A DNA stretch of 6,786 nt, from NCBI RefSeq assembly GCF_018420025.1, contig NZ_JAEDAM010000056.1, positions 1 to 6,786 of the forward strand. The letters run 5' to 3'. The notes under the pieces were generated by a model, which worked only from the letters and a program-made list of their open reading frames with translations, did no database searches and was not told the DNA's origin. A program made the position numbers and the translations under genes. This DNA is from Candidatus Vampirococcus lugosii. Its GTDB lineage: Bacteria > Patescibacteriota > Gracilibacteria > Absconditabacterales > Absconditicoccaceae. Shown here one piece after another: positions 6,411 through 6,786 of this stretch (positions within the stretch are counted from its first letter, which is position 1; each line of letters opens with the position of its first letter).

Positions 6411-6786
6411 TTCTCTATTATTTTAATAATATATAAAAATATAAGGCTAAAATATAATACATCTTGATTATATAAATACTTATATATTAGAAATATAATA
6501 AAATTTTTATTTAAATCAAGAGAAAAATGTTAACATATTATTAATCTTCTGCACCTAAATTAAAGAAAAAAGTGAATTTTGTTGATTCTGTAGCTGTTTT
6601 CTTTGATTTCTATTTCGGAAAAATTTTCAATTATGTAATATATATTCAACTACTTCTAACCAGGCATACATATAATAATTATTTAGTCTTTCAACTTCAC
6701 TTCTTAAATGTATTTTCTCTAAATTATATTCTTGTTTTAAATATTTATATGTTTCTTCTATTAACCATCTATAACTATATACTTTT
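6411..6786 (-). mobile_element. Partial insertion sequence (IS4/IS5-like); the inner terminus lies somewhere in 6411-6554 and the other end is off-window
   Basis: Inferred from the transposase 3' end plus about 140 nt of non-coding sequence before the next ORF. The terminal inverted repeat cannot be defined because the other IS end is not in the window, so the left coordinate is only a bound. Confidence 0.45.
6555..6786 (-). CDS. DDE transposase, C-terminal 76 aa (IS4/IS5-type, DDE_Tnp_1-like); 5' part off the right edge
   Basis: The minus-strand frame starting at 6785 gives KVYSYRWLIEETYKYLKQEYNLEKIHLRSEVERLNNYYMYAWLEVVEYILHNGKFFRNRNQRKQLQNQQNSLFSLI, ending in TAG at 6557-6555. It contains an exact Y-x2-R-x3-E-x6-K signature (YSYRWLIEETYKYLK). 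This is the conserved block carrying the third catalytic acidic residue of IS4-family transposases. One in-frame TGA (HNGKFF). Confidence 0.75.

Noticed and set aside
6527-6536. 10-bp palindrome atgttaacat and the nearby 8-bp inverted pair tcttgatt/aatcaaga (6462-6469 / 6514-6521) as IS terminal repeats
   Set aside because: They are short and AT-rich, and the other IS end is outside the window. No terminal inverted repeat or target-site duplication can be established.

Overview
Very AT-rich bacterial window. Under the standard code it gives only three short ORFs. With TGA read as a sense codon it resolves into long, tightly packed genes. TGA falls on invariant glycines of an M20 metallopeptidase (YGRGSIDMKGG, SDEEIGG, HGGSDGR) and on the radical-bearing glycine of an NrdD-type motif (TRVMGY). 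The tRNA-Trp encoded here has anticodon CCA, not UCA, and TGG is still used at Trp-like positions. The best reading is therefore translation table 25 (TGA=Gly), typical of Gracilibacteria/Absconditabacteria-type CPR/Patescibacteria. It is not a Mycoplasma-like code 4 genome and not a field of pseudogenes. Layout: (1) minus-strand repeat protein, 1-621, 3' end off-window, carrying 12 near-identical 30-bp (10-aa, SNLDDSNKTN) tandem repeats. (2) Divergent AT-rich promoter region. (3) Plus-strand 809-aa N-terminally membrane-anchored orphan protein, 877-3306. (4) Plus-strand 463-aa orphan protein, 3413-4804, followed 7 nt later by (5) a 364-aa M20-family metallohydrolase, 4812-5906. (6) Convergent, probably bidirectional, terminator. 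(7) Minus-strand tRNA-Lys(CUU)/tRNA-Trp(CCA) pair. (8) A perfect 19-bp-stem hairpin. (9) A 52-aa minus-strand ORF consisting only of the C-terminal glycyl-radical segment of a class III ribonucleotide reductase. (10) The 3' end of an IS4/IS5-type DDE transposase with an exact Y-2-R-3-E-6-K motif, running off the right edge. No function could be assigned to the two large orphan proteins from sequence alone.
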